Below the pieces are notes generated by a model, which saw nothing but the letters and a program-made list of their open reading frames with translations, ran no database searches and was not told where the DNA came from. A DNA stretch of 64,000 bases, from NCBI GenBank assembly GCA_963775125.1, contig CAVZHQ010000007.1, forward strand, positions 488,059 through 552,058, in the 5' to 3' direction. The position numbers were made by a program, and so were the translations under genes. This DNA is from an uncultured Acidimicrobiales bacterium. GTDB taxonomy: Bacteria; Actinomycetota; Acidimicrobiia; Acidimicrobiales; SZUA-35. This document shows positions 9,388 to 21,283 of this stretch, in pieces; within the stretch, counting starts at the first letter, position 1; every line of letters begins with the position of its first letter.

Positions 9388-11972
9388 CGTTCCTCCGCCG
9401 CGTTCGGGTCCAGGCTCTCCTGGCGGTAACGGCGCTCCTTGCGCCGAATCCGCTCGGGGCGACCCTCATACACCCCCGCCTGACCCAACCGGCAGCCAGT
9501 TACCGAAGCGACTCGTTCGAGATCACGCAATTCGAGTTGTCCGTTCCGTCCACCGGCGTGGTCGGCGCCCGAGGGGCGCTGGCCACGCCGGTGTCGTTCG
9601 ATCCTCCCGACGATGCGACGATGTTGCTCCTCGCCTCGTCCGGGGCCGCGCCGCAGGACGTTGCGGGCCTCCAGATTCGGAGCCGGACGGCCGGCCAGTG
9701 GTCACCGTGGACTGCGCTCGAAGGTGCCGAGGAAGACGCACCTGACGGTGAGCCGGGACAAGAAGGCTGGAGCCCGGACGGAGCGCCAGTCGGCATCGGC
9801 CCGGTGTGGATCGGGGCCGACGCGGAAGAGGTGCAGATCGCCGGCCTGATCTCGGGCGCCGACCGCGCCGTGAGCGTCGAAGCGCTCGCTCCGCTCGATC
9901 GGTCGGCGGACGACTTCGTACAAGCTGACCCGCCTCCGCAGAGCGCCGCGCTCGTACGCGGCCAGCCCGCAATCCAGTCGCGGGCTGCGTGGGCCGACCG
10001 CGGGTACGAATGCCCGGAAGGTCCTCGCTACGCCTCCAACGTCCGAGCAGGCGTCGTCCACCACACGGTCACCACGAACGCGTACAGCCAAGCCGACGTT
10101 CCGAGCATTCTCCGTGGCATCTATCGCCTGCACGTCGACGTCAACGGCTGGTGCGACATTGCCTACAACTTCCTGATCGACCGCTTCGGCACGATCTGGG
10201 AAGGACGCAGCGGCGGCATCGATCGGCCGGTCGTCGGTGGCCACAGCAAGGGACTGAACAACGGAACGTTCGGCGTGGCGCTCATCGGCCAACACCAGGC
10301 GGGCGTCAGCCCGGCGGCTGCCGCGGTTCCGACCGCGTCCCTTGCCTCACTCGAAGCCGTGATCGGTTGGAAGTTCGCATTGCACGGCGTCGATCCCAAC
10401 GGAACCACCTGGGTGCAGAACCGCAATCCCGACCGGGTGGGTGCCCGGTTCGCCTACCTCGCCTGGGTCCAGATCCCCACCCTCGTCGGGCACCGGGAAC
10501 TGGTCGAGACCTCCTGTCCGGGCAGTCACGCCTTCCCGCAGATCGGCGGGATTCGGTCGAGGCTGATGGCCGGGCGAGTCGGTCCCGTACCGCACGCCTT
10601 CCCCGGTCACGAGCCCTACGAGCACGGCCCCGGCTTCGTCACCCTCGACGAGTTCGGCGGCCTTCGCCCCGGCGGGAGCGCCCGCTCCTTCGGCGGCGTC
10701 GCCGTCCCCGCCGGGACCGCGGCAATCGCCGTCGATGGTGGAGCCGACGGTGGGTACATCCTGGCCTCGAACGGAACCCTGCTCGCCTACGGCTCCTCGC
10801 CCGCAGTGGGCGGTACCCCGGCCGGCGGGAACCGGCCGGTCGACGTCGTCGTCCGTTCCAGCGGTTCCGGCGGTTGGCTGCTCGACGCCAACGGTTCGCT
10901 GCACGCCTTCGGCGGAGCGGCCGCGGTGGCTGCGGCTCCGGCCGGGGGTTCGGCCCTCGCGGCCGATCTCGACGACGCCGGCAAGGGCTACGTGCTCGCG
11001 GCCAACGGCTTGCACGCAGTGGGTGGTGCACCGGCTCGCTCACTGAACGTCGCCAACGCGGTCTCGGTGGCGGTCCGCAGCGATCGCGCCAGCGGCTGGG
11101 TGCTCGACTCCGGTGGTCGACTGACGCCGTTCGGCGGAGCGCCCGGTTGGCAGCCGGCGGCCGGCATCGGCACGGCACAGGCAGTGATCGTCGGGACCAA
11201 CGACCGGGGTGGTTGGGTGACGGACACCGAGGGACGCATCATCCCCTTCGGCGACGAACGCCGCATCCTGCCCACCTCGACCACGGTTGGTGTCGGACAC
11301 ACGGTCGATGCCGCGCTCGTCAGCTGGGTCACCGATGACTCTTCGGACCTCATCCGGTTCACCAAGGCCCTCAGCACGCTGTTCCTCGGAACCACCGACC
11401 CGGTCTCCGCCGACATCCTGGCCACCCGGGTGGTCTGGCAGTCCCGCAGCGCCGTCGTCGACGAACTGGCACGGTCCGAGCCATGGGCGGGCAAGGTCGT
11501 CGACCAGATGTACCTCGACGTTCTCGGCCGCGGCCCGGACGCGGCCGGTCGCTCGTTCTGGGTGCAGCGCCTCCGGGCCGGGTTGCGGGTGCAGGACATG
11601 GGCGCCTTCTTCTACGGGTCAGCCGAGTACTACCGATCGGCGGGAAGCAACCAGGGATACGTGACTCGGCTGTATCTGGCCTTGCTGCGCCGCGCGCCGG
11701 ACCAGGCCGGTCTCGACTACTGGGTCGGCCAACTGAACGCCGGACGAGCAGCGACCGACATCACCATTGGCTTCTACCAGTCGCCCGAGTCGCGGCAATC
11801 GCGTGTCATCGGCCTGTACCAACAGGTCCTGCGCCGAAATCCCGACGGTGGTGGGCTAGCGTTCTGGGCAGACCAATTGCTGTCCGCCGACGACATCGCG
11901 CTCGCGGTGAACCTCGCCGGGTCGACGGAGTACTACGAACTCGTCACCGGAAGCGGCGGACCGGAGGATTAG
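9384..11972 (+). CDS. Secreted N-acetylmuramoyl-L-alanine amidase (Amidase_2/PGRP) with repeat domain and DUF4214 tail
   Basis: Start set at TTG 9384, which overlaps the moeZ stop as TTGA. The signal-like leader is TFLRRVRVQALLAVTALLAP. The amidase core reads VVHHTV...WCDIAYNFLIDRFGTIWEGRSGG...GGHSKGLNNGTFGVALIG. It has 5-6 G-W/Y-x-L-x-x-x-G-x-L-x-x-F-G repeats and C-terminal DUF4214-like repeats (YLDVLGRGPDAAG..FW). Confidence 0.8.
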   Translation: MTFLRRVRVQALLAVTALLAPNPLGATLIHPRLTQPAASYRSDSFEITQFELSVPSTGVVGARGALATPVSFDPPDDATMLLLASSGAAPQDVAGLQIRSRTAGQWSPWTALEGAEEDAPDGEPGQEGWSPDGAPVGIGPVWIGADAEEVQIAGLISGADRAVSVEALAPLDRSADDFVQADPPPQSAALVRGQPAIQSRAAWADRGYECPEGPRYASNVRAGVVHHTVTTNAYSQADVPSILRGIYRLHVDVNGWCDIAYNFLIDRFGTIWEGRSGGIDRPVVGGHSKGLNNGTFGVALIGQHQAGVSPAAAAVPTASLASLEAVIGWKFALHGVDPNGTTWVQNRNPDRVGARFAYLAWVQIPTLVGHRELVETSCPGSHAFPQIGGIRSRLMAGRVGPVPHAFPGHEPYEHGPGFVTLDEFGGLRPGGSARSFGGVAVPAGTAAIAVDGGADGGYILASNGTLLAYGSSPAVGGTPAGGNRPVDVVVRSSGSGGWLLDANGSLHAFGGAAAVAAAPAGGSALAADLDDAGKGYVLAANGLHAVGGAPARSLNVANAVSVAVRSDRASGWVLDSGGRLTPFGGAPGWQPAAGIGTAQAVIVGTNDRGGWVTDTEGRIIPFGDERRILPTSTTVGVGHTVDAALVSWVTDDSSDLIRFTKALSTLFLGTTDPVSADILATRVVWQSRSAVVDELARSEPWAGKVVDQMYLDVLGRGPDAAGRSFWVQRLRAGLRVQDMGAFFYGSAEYYRSAGSNQGYVTRLYLALLRRAPDQAGLDYWVGQLNAGRAATDITIGFYQSPESRQSRVIGLYQQVLRRNPDGGGLAFWADQLLSADDIALAVNLAGSTEYYELVTGSGGPED

Positions 11973-11978
11973 CCTGAC

Positions 11979-13850
11979 ATGACCATGATTTCGCGCTTGG
12001 CAGCTGTCGCACTTCTCGTGGGTTCGTTGGTGACCGTGTCGTTCGGCGTCGTCGTCGACGCACGCCCCGTCGCCGCTCAGGAGACCCTCCCGCTTCCCGT
12101 CACCGTCTCGGGGCGCGGTTGGGGACACGGTCGAGGACTCGGCCAGTACGGGGCTCAGGGCTACGCCGCCGACCATGCCTGGACCTCGGCCCAGATTCTC
12201 GACCATTTCTACGGCGGCACGACGGCCGGCCAGATCCCTGCGGATGCTCCGGTCAACCCAGCGGCGGTTCGTGTCGACCTGCGGAGCCAGCAGGGCCAGT
12301 CGCTTCGCGTGAGCCTGGCCGCCGGGACCATCCTGGTTCGGTCCACCGATGGCGTCGACCGTTGGGCTCACCAAGGAAGCGTCCGGCTCTCGGTCGTCGG
12401 ATCCGGCATCCGGCTCGAGACTTCGTCAGGGTGTGACGGGACCTGGACCGAAGCGTTCACCACGACCGAGTTCAGCGCTCTCGACCTCGTCGCGGCCCCG
12501 TCGGCGGGCGGCCCCGACGGCCTCATGCGGGTCTGCTACGCCGACGGATCCAGCACCTGGTACCCCGGCTATCTACGGTTCAGTTCGAACCCGATACGCA
12601 CCGTCAACATCGTCACCATCGAGGAGTACCTGCGGGGTGTCGTTCCCTCCGAGGTCCCCGCCGGTTGGCACCCTGCTGCGCTCGAAGCCCAGGCCGTTGC
12701 CGCTCGTTCGTACGCGATGGCAGGCGACACCCGCCAGCTGCCGTACGCCGATACGTGCGACACCATTCTCTGTCAGGTGTACGGCGGCTACTTCCGCAAC
12801 ACGGCGGCGCGGGGCATGGTCAGTACGGTCACGCCCACCACCGATGCTGCCGTGGCGGCGACGGCCGGTTTGGTCCGGTTGACCGGCGCCAGCATCGCTC
12901 GTACCGAGTTCTCCAGCAGTACCGGTGGGTACACCGCCGGTGGCGCGTTCCCGGCGGTCCCGGACGTGGGTGACGCCACGGCGTCCAATCCCAATCGCAC
13001 CTGGTCGTTGATCGTCGATCTCCGACCGTTCATCACCGCCCAGGGCAAGGGAGAACTCATCGGAGTGGACGTCGCTCGCACTGGGCTCGGTGCCGACGGA
13101 GGACGGGCGACCTCGGTCACCTTCCGATTCGCCGGCGGGTCCACGACGATGACGGGCGACGCCGCTCGGCGGGCGTTCGGTCTCAAGTCCGACTGGTTCA
13201 CCTTCGGACCGATTCCCGTGGCGGCGGTGACCGCGGCCAACTACGTCAACGCCAGCTATCAACTCTTCATTCGGCGTCAGCCAACAGATGGCGAGCGATC
13301 AGCGTGGGTCGAGAACCTACGACGGGGCGTCGCCCGCACCGCGTTGACGCAGGCCCTTGCCCGTTCCGACGAGTGGGCCGGGGTCATGATCGACGATCTC
13401 TATGTCGATGTCTTCGGCCGGCCTGCGGACCCGGGCGGCAAGGCGTACTGGCTCGGGCGCATGCGATCCGGACTCCGCTTCGAGGCGGTAGCGGCCAACT
13501 TCTACGGCTCGGCCGAGTACTTCCAGCGGTCGGGTAGCACCAACGCCGGTCTCGTCGCCGCCCTCTACAGCGACATCCTCGGTCGAGCCCCCGATGCTGC
13601 GGGTCTCGCCTATTGGTCCGGTTTGCTCGACCAGGGGCGAGCAACTCCTGGCGGTGTCTCCACCGGCTTCTTCGCCTCGATCGAGTCCCGGCAGGATCGG
13701 GTTCGCCGGGTCTACCTGTCGGTGTTGGGTCGAGAACCCGATGCCGCCGGCGGAGCGCACTGGGCGCAGTCGCTCCTCTCGGTCGACGACGTCAACCTCG
13801 CAGCGCTCCTCGCCGCATCCGACGAGTTCTACGGTCGGGCCCAGGGCTAG
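11979..13850 (+). CDS. SpoIID/LytB domain protein with DUF4214 tail
   Basis: Signal peptide MTMISRLAAVALLVGSLV. SpoIID block IEEYLRGVVPSEVPAGWHPAALEAQAVAARSYA...CDTILCQVY. The C-terminal DUF4214-like repeats parallel those of the upstream amidase. Confidence 0.85.
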   Translation: MTMISRLAAVALLVGSLVTVSFGVVVDARPVAAQETLPLPVTVSGRGWGHGRGLGQYGAQGYAADHAWTSAQILDHFYGGTTAGQIPADAPVNPAAVRVDLRSQQGQSLRVSLAAGTILVRSTDGVDRWAHQGSVRLSVVGSGIRLETSSGCDGTWTEAFTTTEFSALDLVAAPSAGGPDGLMRVCYADGSSTWYPGYLRFSSNPIRTVNIVTIEEYLRGVVPSEVPAGWHPAALEAQAVAARSYAMAGDTRQLPYADTCDTILCQVYGGYFRNTAARGMVSTVTPTTDAAVAATAGLVRLTGASIARTEFSSSTGGYTAGGAFPAVPDVGDATASNPNRTWSLIVDLRPFITAQGKGELIGVDVARTGLGADGGRATSVTFRFAGGSTTMTGDAARRAFGLKSDWFTFGPIPVAAVTAANYVNASYQLFIRRQPTDGERSAWVENLRRGVARTALTQALARSDEWAGVMIDDLYVDVFGRPADPGGKAYWLGRMRSGLRFEAVAANFYGSAEYFQRSGSTNAGLVAALYSDILGRAPDAAGLAYWSGLLDQGRATPGGVSTGFFASIESRQDRVRRVYLSVLGREPDAAGGAHWAQSLLSVDDVNLAALLAASDEFYGRAQG

Positions 13851-13877
13851 CTGCAGGCCGGCTGGAGCGCGTCGACG

Positions 13878-15098
13878 TCAGGACGCCGTCGCTGCTACGG
13901 CGTAGCGGAGCTCGGCGGCCGCTCGAGCCCACGTGAACGAGTGCGGTACTTCGCGGGCTCGCTCGAGGATGTCTGCCCGGAGCTGATCGTCTCCCAGGAT
14001 GCGTTCGATCCCGTCGGCCAACGCCTTGGGCGTGGGGTCGACCACCAGGCCGGCCCCGGTCTCCTCGACCAGGTCGACCAGGCCACCACCGTCTCGGCAC
14101 ACGATGACCGGCCGTTGCCACAACATGCCCTCGAGGGCGGTGAGGCCGTAGTCCTCCCGGAAGGCGGGGGCGACGACCACCGACGCTCCTGCGTACGAAC
14201 GGTTCCGCTCGTCATCGCTCACGTTGCCGAGGAACCGGTTGGGAGATCCGTCGGGCTGGGAGCGGCGGGTCTGCTGCCCGCGGACGGTCTGCATCCAGAA
14301 CCGTTCCGGATCGGGGTCAGAGGCGAGCGAAGGGTCCTCGATGAGGCGCTCGTCGAGGCCACGAACGAAGTCGAGGCGTCCGCCGGTCCCGATGAACTCG
14401 ATGGGTCGGACCGGGCCCGGGCGAGCCGCCAACAGATGCCCGGTGGCGACGAGAAGCTCGGTTCGTTTGGGCCACTCGTGGCGGCTGACGCAGACGACTG
14501 GCCCAGCTGGGGACCAGGCCGGCGGGTCGTCCGGCACTTCGGTGAGCGCTGGTGCGTGCAACAGCGACGTCATGGCCGACGGAATCGACCAGTACTCGGC
14601 CAGCCGTGAGCTGCACTCACTCGACCCTGCAAGCCAGTGTTTGACGTTGCCGACGAAGGTGCGGTCGATCGCCTGCACTTCCTCGGACGCAATTCGGTGG
14701 AGCCGCGGGGCGATCTCGCCCATGCGGCTGTAGCGCTCGGAGAGATCGTAGAAGACGCGCGCCTGGTGATAGAAGAGCGCGAGGACCCGAGGATGATCGA
14801 CGAGGAACGTGGGGGGTTGGGTGCTGAGCACCAGGTCATAGCGGCTGAGGTCGAGACGCCGGACGTCCTCGACCAACGCGGCGTAGGTGAAGAACCCGGT
14901 GTGGTCGTGCCAGACGCGCACGGCGGTGCTGTTGCCGAATACCGCTCTCGGCCAGAGCAGCGCCGGCAGTGCCTGCTCCTCGACCTGGTGCCCTTCGTCG
15001 ATCAGCAGACCGATGATGCGTTCGAGCAGTCGTTCGAAGCCGCCCATCACTCCGTAGTCGGGCTTGACCACCGCAATCTTCAGGCGCCCTTGGGTCAT
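13878..15098 (-). CDS. Glycosyltransferase, GT4 (GT-B fold)
   Basis: 406 aa. The N-terminus KIAVVKPDYGVMGGFERL is paralogous to the first domains of both tandem GTs. C-terminal FREDYGLTALEGMLWQRPVIV. The start overlaps the upstream stop as ATGA (15095-15098). Confidence 0.8.
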   Translation of the reverse strand: MTQGRLKIAVVKPDYGVMGGFERLLERIIGLLIDEGHQVEEQALPALLWPRAVFGNSTAVRVWHDHTGFFTYAALVEDVRRLDLSRYDLVLSTQPPTFLVDHPRVLALFYHQARVFYDLSERYSRMGEIAPRLHRIASEEVQAIDRTFVGNVKHWLAGSSECSSRLAEYWSIPSAMTSLLHAPALTEVPDDPPAWSPAGPVVCVSRHEWPKRTELLVATGHLLAARPGPVRPIEFIGTGGRLDFVRGLDERLIEDPSLASDPDPERFWMQTVRGQQTRRSQPDGSPNRFLGNVSDDERNRSYAGASVVVAPAFREDYGLTALEGMLWQRPVIVCRDGGGLVDLVEETGAGLVVDPTPKALADGIERILGDDQLRADILERAREVPHSFTWARAAAELRYAVAATAS

Positions 15099-17906
15099 TG
15101 GTGTTCCAGCTCGGCCCGGGTTTCCAACTCGTCGAGCCGATCCTGAAGACGTTGATTGTCCTTACGGAGCGCTTCGACCTTGATGGCCAATTGGGTGACG
15201 GCGTCGATCATCGCCTCGTTGTAGTTCAGCTGCTCGTTGGAGATGAGTTGTCCGGCTCGGACGAGAACCCGTTTCGGGAACCGCAGACGGGCGGCGTCGG
15301 GGATGAGCCGACCGACGTGACGGTTCTCGGTGGCCTGCTTGATGCTTTCCTGAATGAGCGGATCCACAATGGCTGCTTTCGAACTTGGGTCGGTGGTTCG
15401 GGCCAGCCTTCCGACGGCTCGGATGGTGGCCTCGATCGGATCGATGGGAGGCGGCGGGGTCTCGGCCAGGATGACGGGAGTTCGCGGTCGTTGCCGTGTT
15501 CCGGTGGGCAGAGTGGCGCCGGGTCCCACACCGGCCGTCGAGAGCACGAAATCGGCCCACGTCCGGGCCAAGTGGTGCCAGTCGAACCGCTGCTCGACCA
15601 GCTCTCGTCCCCGGGCGATTCGGTTCTGTTGGGCCCGAAGGTCGTCCGGGTCGGTGCCGACCATGAGGTCGAGTCCTGCGACGAAGCCACGGACCGTCGG
15701 GTCACAGACGACAACGGCGGCGGCCGGTTCGTCCAGACCGCGGGCACCGACCTCGGTGGTGAGGACCGGAGTGCCTACCGAGAGGTAGTCGAAGACCTTC
15801 AGGTTGCTGCCGCCGCCGGAGATCATCGGGTTGAGCAGCGACCGTGGCCCCGGCGAGCAATGGCCACAGAAGGCTCTCGGCGAAGATGGCAATGAGATGG
15901 ACGTTCTCGGGGATGGGCTCGCCCGCGAACTCGCTGGTGTGGCTGCCGGCGAGCACGAAGACCCAGTCGGGTCGTTGGCGGGCTACGTCGAGCAACAACC
16001 GAGCGGCGTCGATGTTGGGTGGATGCCAGGACCCGATGAACACGCCGAGCGGTCGTTCGTCGTCGGGATCGAATCCTGCGACGCCGAGAATCTCCTGCCG
16101 GGCCAACGACGCCTGGTGCGCCGTCTTCACCGGAAGAGCGGCGGCATCGACGCCGTTGGGTACGACCAGGCCGGCGACGCCGGGTTTGGCTGCCTGGAGC
16201 TGGACGAGGTCGGATTCGGTGCAGGCAACCACGGCCGCGGCCCGGCGTGTGGCGTCGATCTCGGTGGCCCTCACCCGTTCGGCCAGCCATCGGCCGGCGT
16301 CGTTGTCGGGGAGCATTGCGGCCTTGAACCGCGTTTCGAAGTTCTGCGACTCGTGGAGCAGCGGCACGGCGAGGTCGTGCGGGAGGGCAGGCACGAGGAA
16401 CGGATGCGAGGCGACGACTACATCGGTGTCGATCAGTTGTCGACGTAGCTCGTCGTCGAATGCCGGCGTGGCCGCCACCAACTCTCCGGCGGTGATGTCG
16501 TCGACCGGGAGCTTCAACAGCGCGTAGATGTCGTCCTCGGCCTCTCGCTGTGCAATCGAACGGGGAATCTCGACCTGGACGAGCCCGGGTTCGAGCACCC
16601 GCCGTCGCACACGATCCGACGCCGACGACGGCACGAGCACCGTGACGTCGGCGTGCGCGGCCAAGCCGGCGCTCAGGTGCCGAAGTCGGCGTTGTCCTCC
16701 CCCGATGGCCGGTTCGATCGGGTAGGTGCTGAGTACCAACGCCTTCGGACGGTTCGCTGCGCCGAGCGACTCGACCGCACCGAGCGACTCGATCAGGTCG
16801 AGCAGCGGATCGAACGAGATGCCGGCTACTCGCCGGCGGGCGTTGAGACCGATGGTCCAGCGAGCGAACGGGTCATGGGCGAGATGGGCCATCGCTCCGG
16901 CGATGGCCTGCGGATCAGGCCGGACGAGCATGCCGTTGACGCCGTGCTCGACCAATTCGGTGGGCCCACCGCTGTCCACGGTGGTCACGACCGGGGTGCC
17001 CGCAGACATGGCCTCGGCGGCGATGTACCCATAGTCCTCGTGGAACGGCGTGAACACCACGCCCGTCGCTTCCCGGTACAGCGACCGAAGTTCCTCATCG
17101 GAGACCCGACCGACGAAGGTGACCCTGGCGTCGGGCTCGGCCAGCTGCTCGAGTCGAGCCCGATCGGGTCCGTCGCCGGCGATGATCAGCTCGACGTTCG
17201 GGTCCTTGAAGGCAGCCAACGCTTCGAGCACGAGATCGATGCGTTTGGGGGGATCGAGCCGGCTGACGGCCAGAAAGCGACCGGCGCTCGGCGGGTGTCC
17301 GATCGGATCGGCCAGGCACGCCGTCGCCAGATCGCTCTCGGGGTGCACGACGAGGACGGGTTGGTCGGCTGGGAGATACCCGTCGCGGCCTGCGACCTCC
17401 TCGGAGATCGCGGCGAACCGTGCGACCTGGCCGAAGGCGATGCGATCGAGGGCGTGGATTGCTGCCCGGGCGAACGGCCCGGGAAATGCTGCTCGTTCGG
17501 GGAAGCGTTCGAGCAGGCTGCGGGCGACGTCGATGAGGTCGGCTGCGCTACCGGCGTTCGCCAGAGCCGTGTCGTCGTCCGGACCATCATCGGTCGCCAG
17601 CGTGTCGGGGTAGGTGTCGTACAGTCCCCGAAGGGGGTGAAGGAGGTAGACGAGATGGCGTGGATGCCGGACCATCCACGCCGGGTATTTCCCCGTGACG
17701 ACCACGTCGAAGCGTGACACATCGAGACGCAAGAACGTCTCGTAGGCGTCGAGCACCTCGGCCAGTGTTGCTTCGGGCGTGGGGACAGCCACCAGTTCGA
17801 CATCGTGGCCGCGCTCGATCAGACGTCGCCGCAGGGTTTGCCACAAGCGTTCCGCCCCGCCGGTCACGTTTCCCGGTGCAACCGGGGTGATGATGCCGAC
17901 CTTCAT
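15095..17906 (-). pseudogene. Tandem (two-domain) GT4 glycosyltransferase with coiled-coil tail; frame broken by an apparent +1 shift near 15836 (or sequencing indel)
   Basis: Track ORFs 15702..17948 (MKVGIITPVAPGNVTGGAERL from ATG 17906) and 15095..15892 join by homology as ...LLAGATVA|LNPMISGGGSNLKVFDYLSVGTPVL. This is a single GT-B C-terminal motif split across two frames. The paralog at 21284..23654 has the same architecture. Confidence 0.7.
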
Positions 17907-17916
17907 CGGACCGTGC

Positions 17917-18132
17917 TCACGGGCGACCGCGTTCGAGCGCCCGCGCAATCACGAACTCGATGTAGTCGGCGTTCGATCGGAACCGCAGCCGCTCTGCCCT
18001 GCGGCGCAGCGTGGTGCGGTTGACCCCGCGCGCCCGGGTCGCAAGCTGGAGGAGGTTGGATCGAGCGGTTGGTAGACGACCGGGTTTGAAACGACCGTGT
18101 CTGCGTTGGAGGAGTGCCTGCACCGGCGGCAA
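17917..18132 (-). CDS. Small ORF with helix-turn-helix-like C-terminus, in frame directly after the meaB TAG stop
   Basis: 71 codons. The C-terminal half (LLQLATRARGVNRTTLRRRAERLRFRS...) has strong GC3 bias and an HTH-like pattern. The N-terminal half has weak codon bias and no clear RBS, so the true start is uncertain. Confidence 0.3.
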   Translation of the reverse strand: MPPVQALLQRRHGRFKPGRLPTARSNLLQLATRARGVNRTTLRRRAERLRFRSNADYIEFVIARALERGRP

Positions 18133-19086
18133 CTATAGGGGCGGCAGACGGGTGGTCGGAGCCACCGACGCCAAGACGAGCGCCGCCGCCTTGCTGGCCG
18201 GCAGCGTGCCCCGGGCAACCTGGTGGACGATCGGGTCGAGCAGCTCGGGATTGGCCTGAATCCGGGTGAGGAGGCGGGTGTTGATGATGCGCCACATTGC
18301 GTCGACGGCCTGGTCGCTGCGGAGGCGGGTCAACGCTCCGAGATCGTGAAGTGTCTGCCACGCCGCGACCAGGTGGTCCCAGAGTTCGACCACGCCGGAA
18401 CCGTTCAGGGCAGAGCACAGCAGGACGTCGGTGGTGATGCCTTCGCGTTTGGGTCGCACGAGGTGCAGCGCGGCCCGGTAGTCGGCCGCGGTGTGGGACG
18501 CGGTTGCCAGGTACGGCCCGTCGGCCTTGTTGACCACGACCACGTCAGCCAGCTCCATGACGCCCCGTTTGATGCCCTGGAGGTCGTCGCCACCACCAGG
18601 AGCAACGAGCAGCACGAACAGGTCGGTGATGTCGGCCACTGCGGTCTCGGACTGTCCGACCCCGACCGTCTCGACGATGACCACGCCGAACCCGGCGGCC
18701 TCACAGAGCAGCACCACTTCTCGGGTCGCGTCGGCGACGCCACCGAGCACACCCCGGCTGGGGGACGGTCGTACGAACGACGCCGGATGGGTGGCGAGGA
18801 ACGGCATGCGGGTCTTGTCACCGAGGATCGACCCGCCGGTGCGGCGCGACGACGGATCGACGGCGAGGACAGCGACCTGCTGGCCGAGTTCGATGACGTG
18901 GTGACCGAGCCGTTCGATGAGGCTGCTCTTACCGACACCCGGCGTGCCCGAGACGCCGATGCGGTGCGACCGTCCGGTGTTGGGCAGAACGAGGCTCAGG
19001 AGCTCGTCGGCCCGGTCTCGGTGGTCGGGGCGTGACGATTCGACCAGCGTGATGGCTTTGGCCAAGGCCCGCCGTTCTCCGGCCAT
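18133..19086 (-). CDS. meaB: Methylmalonyl-CoA mutase-associated GTPase (MeaB/ArgK)
   Basis: P-loop GVSGTPGVGKSSLIERLG. G-domain blocks DPSSRRTGGSILGD, ETVGVGQSE and VVNKAD. Start taken at ATG 19086, though a start further upstream overlapping the mutase is possible. Confidence 0.9.
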   Translation of the reverse strand: MAGERRALAKAITLVESSRPDHRDRADELLSLVLPNTGRSHRIGVSGTPGVGKSSLIERLGHHVIELGQQVAVLAVDPSSRRTGGSILGDKTRMPFLATHPASFVRPSPSRGVLGGVADATREVVLLCEAAGFGVVIVETVGVGQSETAVADITDLFVLLVAPGGGDDLQGIKRGVMELADVVVVNKADGPYLATASHTAADYRAALHLVRPKREGITTDVLLCSALNGSGVVELWDHLVAAWQTLHDLGALTRLRSDQAVDAMWRIINTRLLTRIQANPELLDPIVHQVARGTLPASKAAALVLASVAPTTRLPPL

Positions 19087-19127
19087 GAGGCGTTCGGCCA
19101 GGGCGGCAGGACTCTCGGGCGGGGGGG

Positions 19128-21272
<2,145 letters not shown>

Positions 21273-21283
21273 TCCCGAGTCGT

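Noticed and set aside
21273-21283. Cobalamin riboswitch ahead of the B12-dependent mutase
   Set aside because: Only 11 nt separate mutB from the upstream GT gene, leaving no room for a leader RNA.
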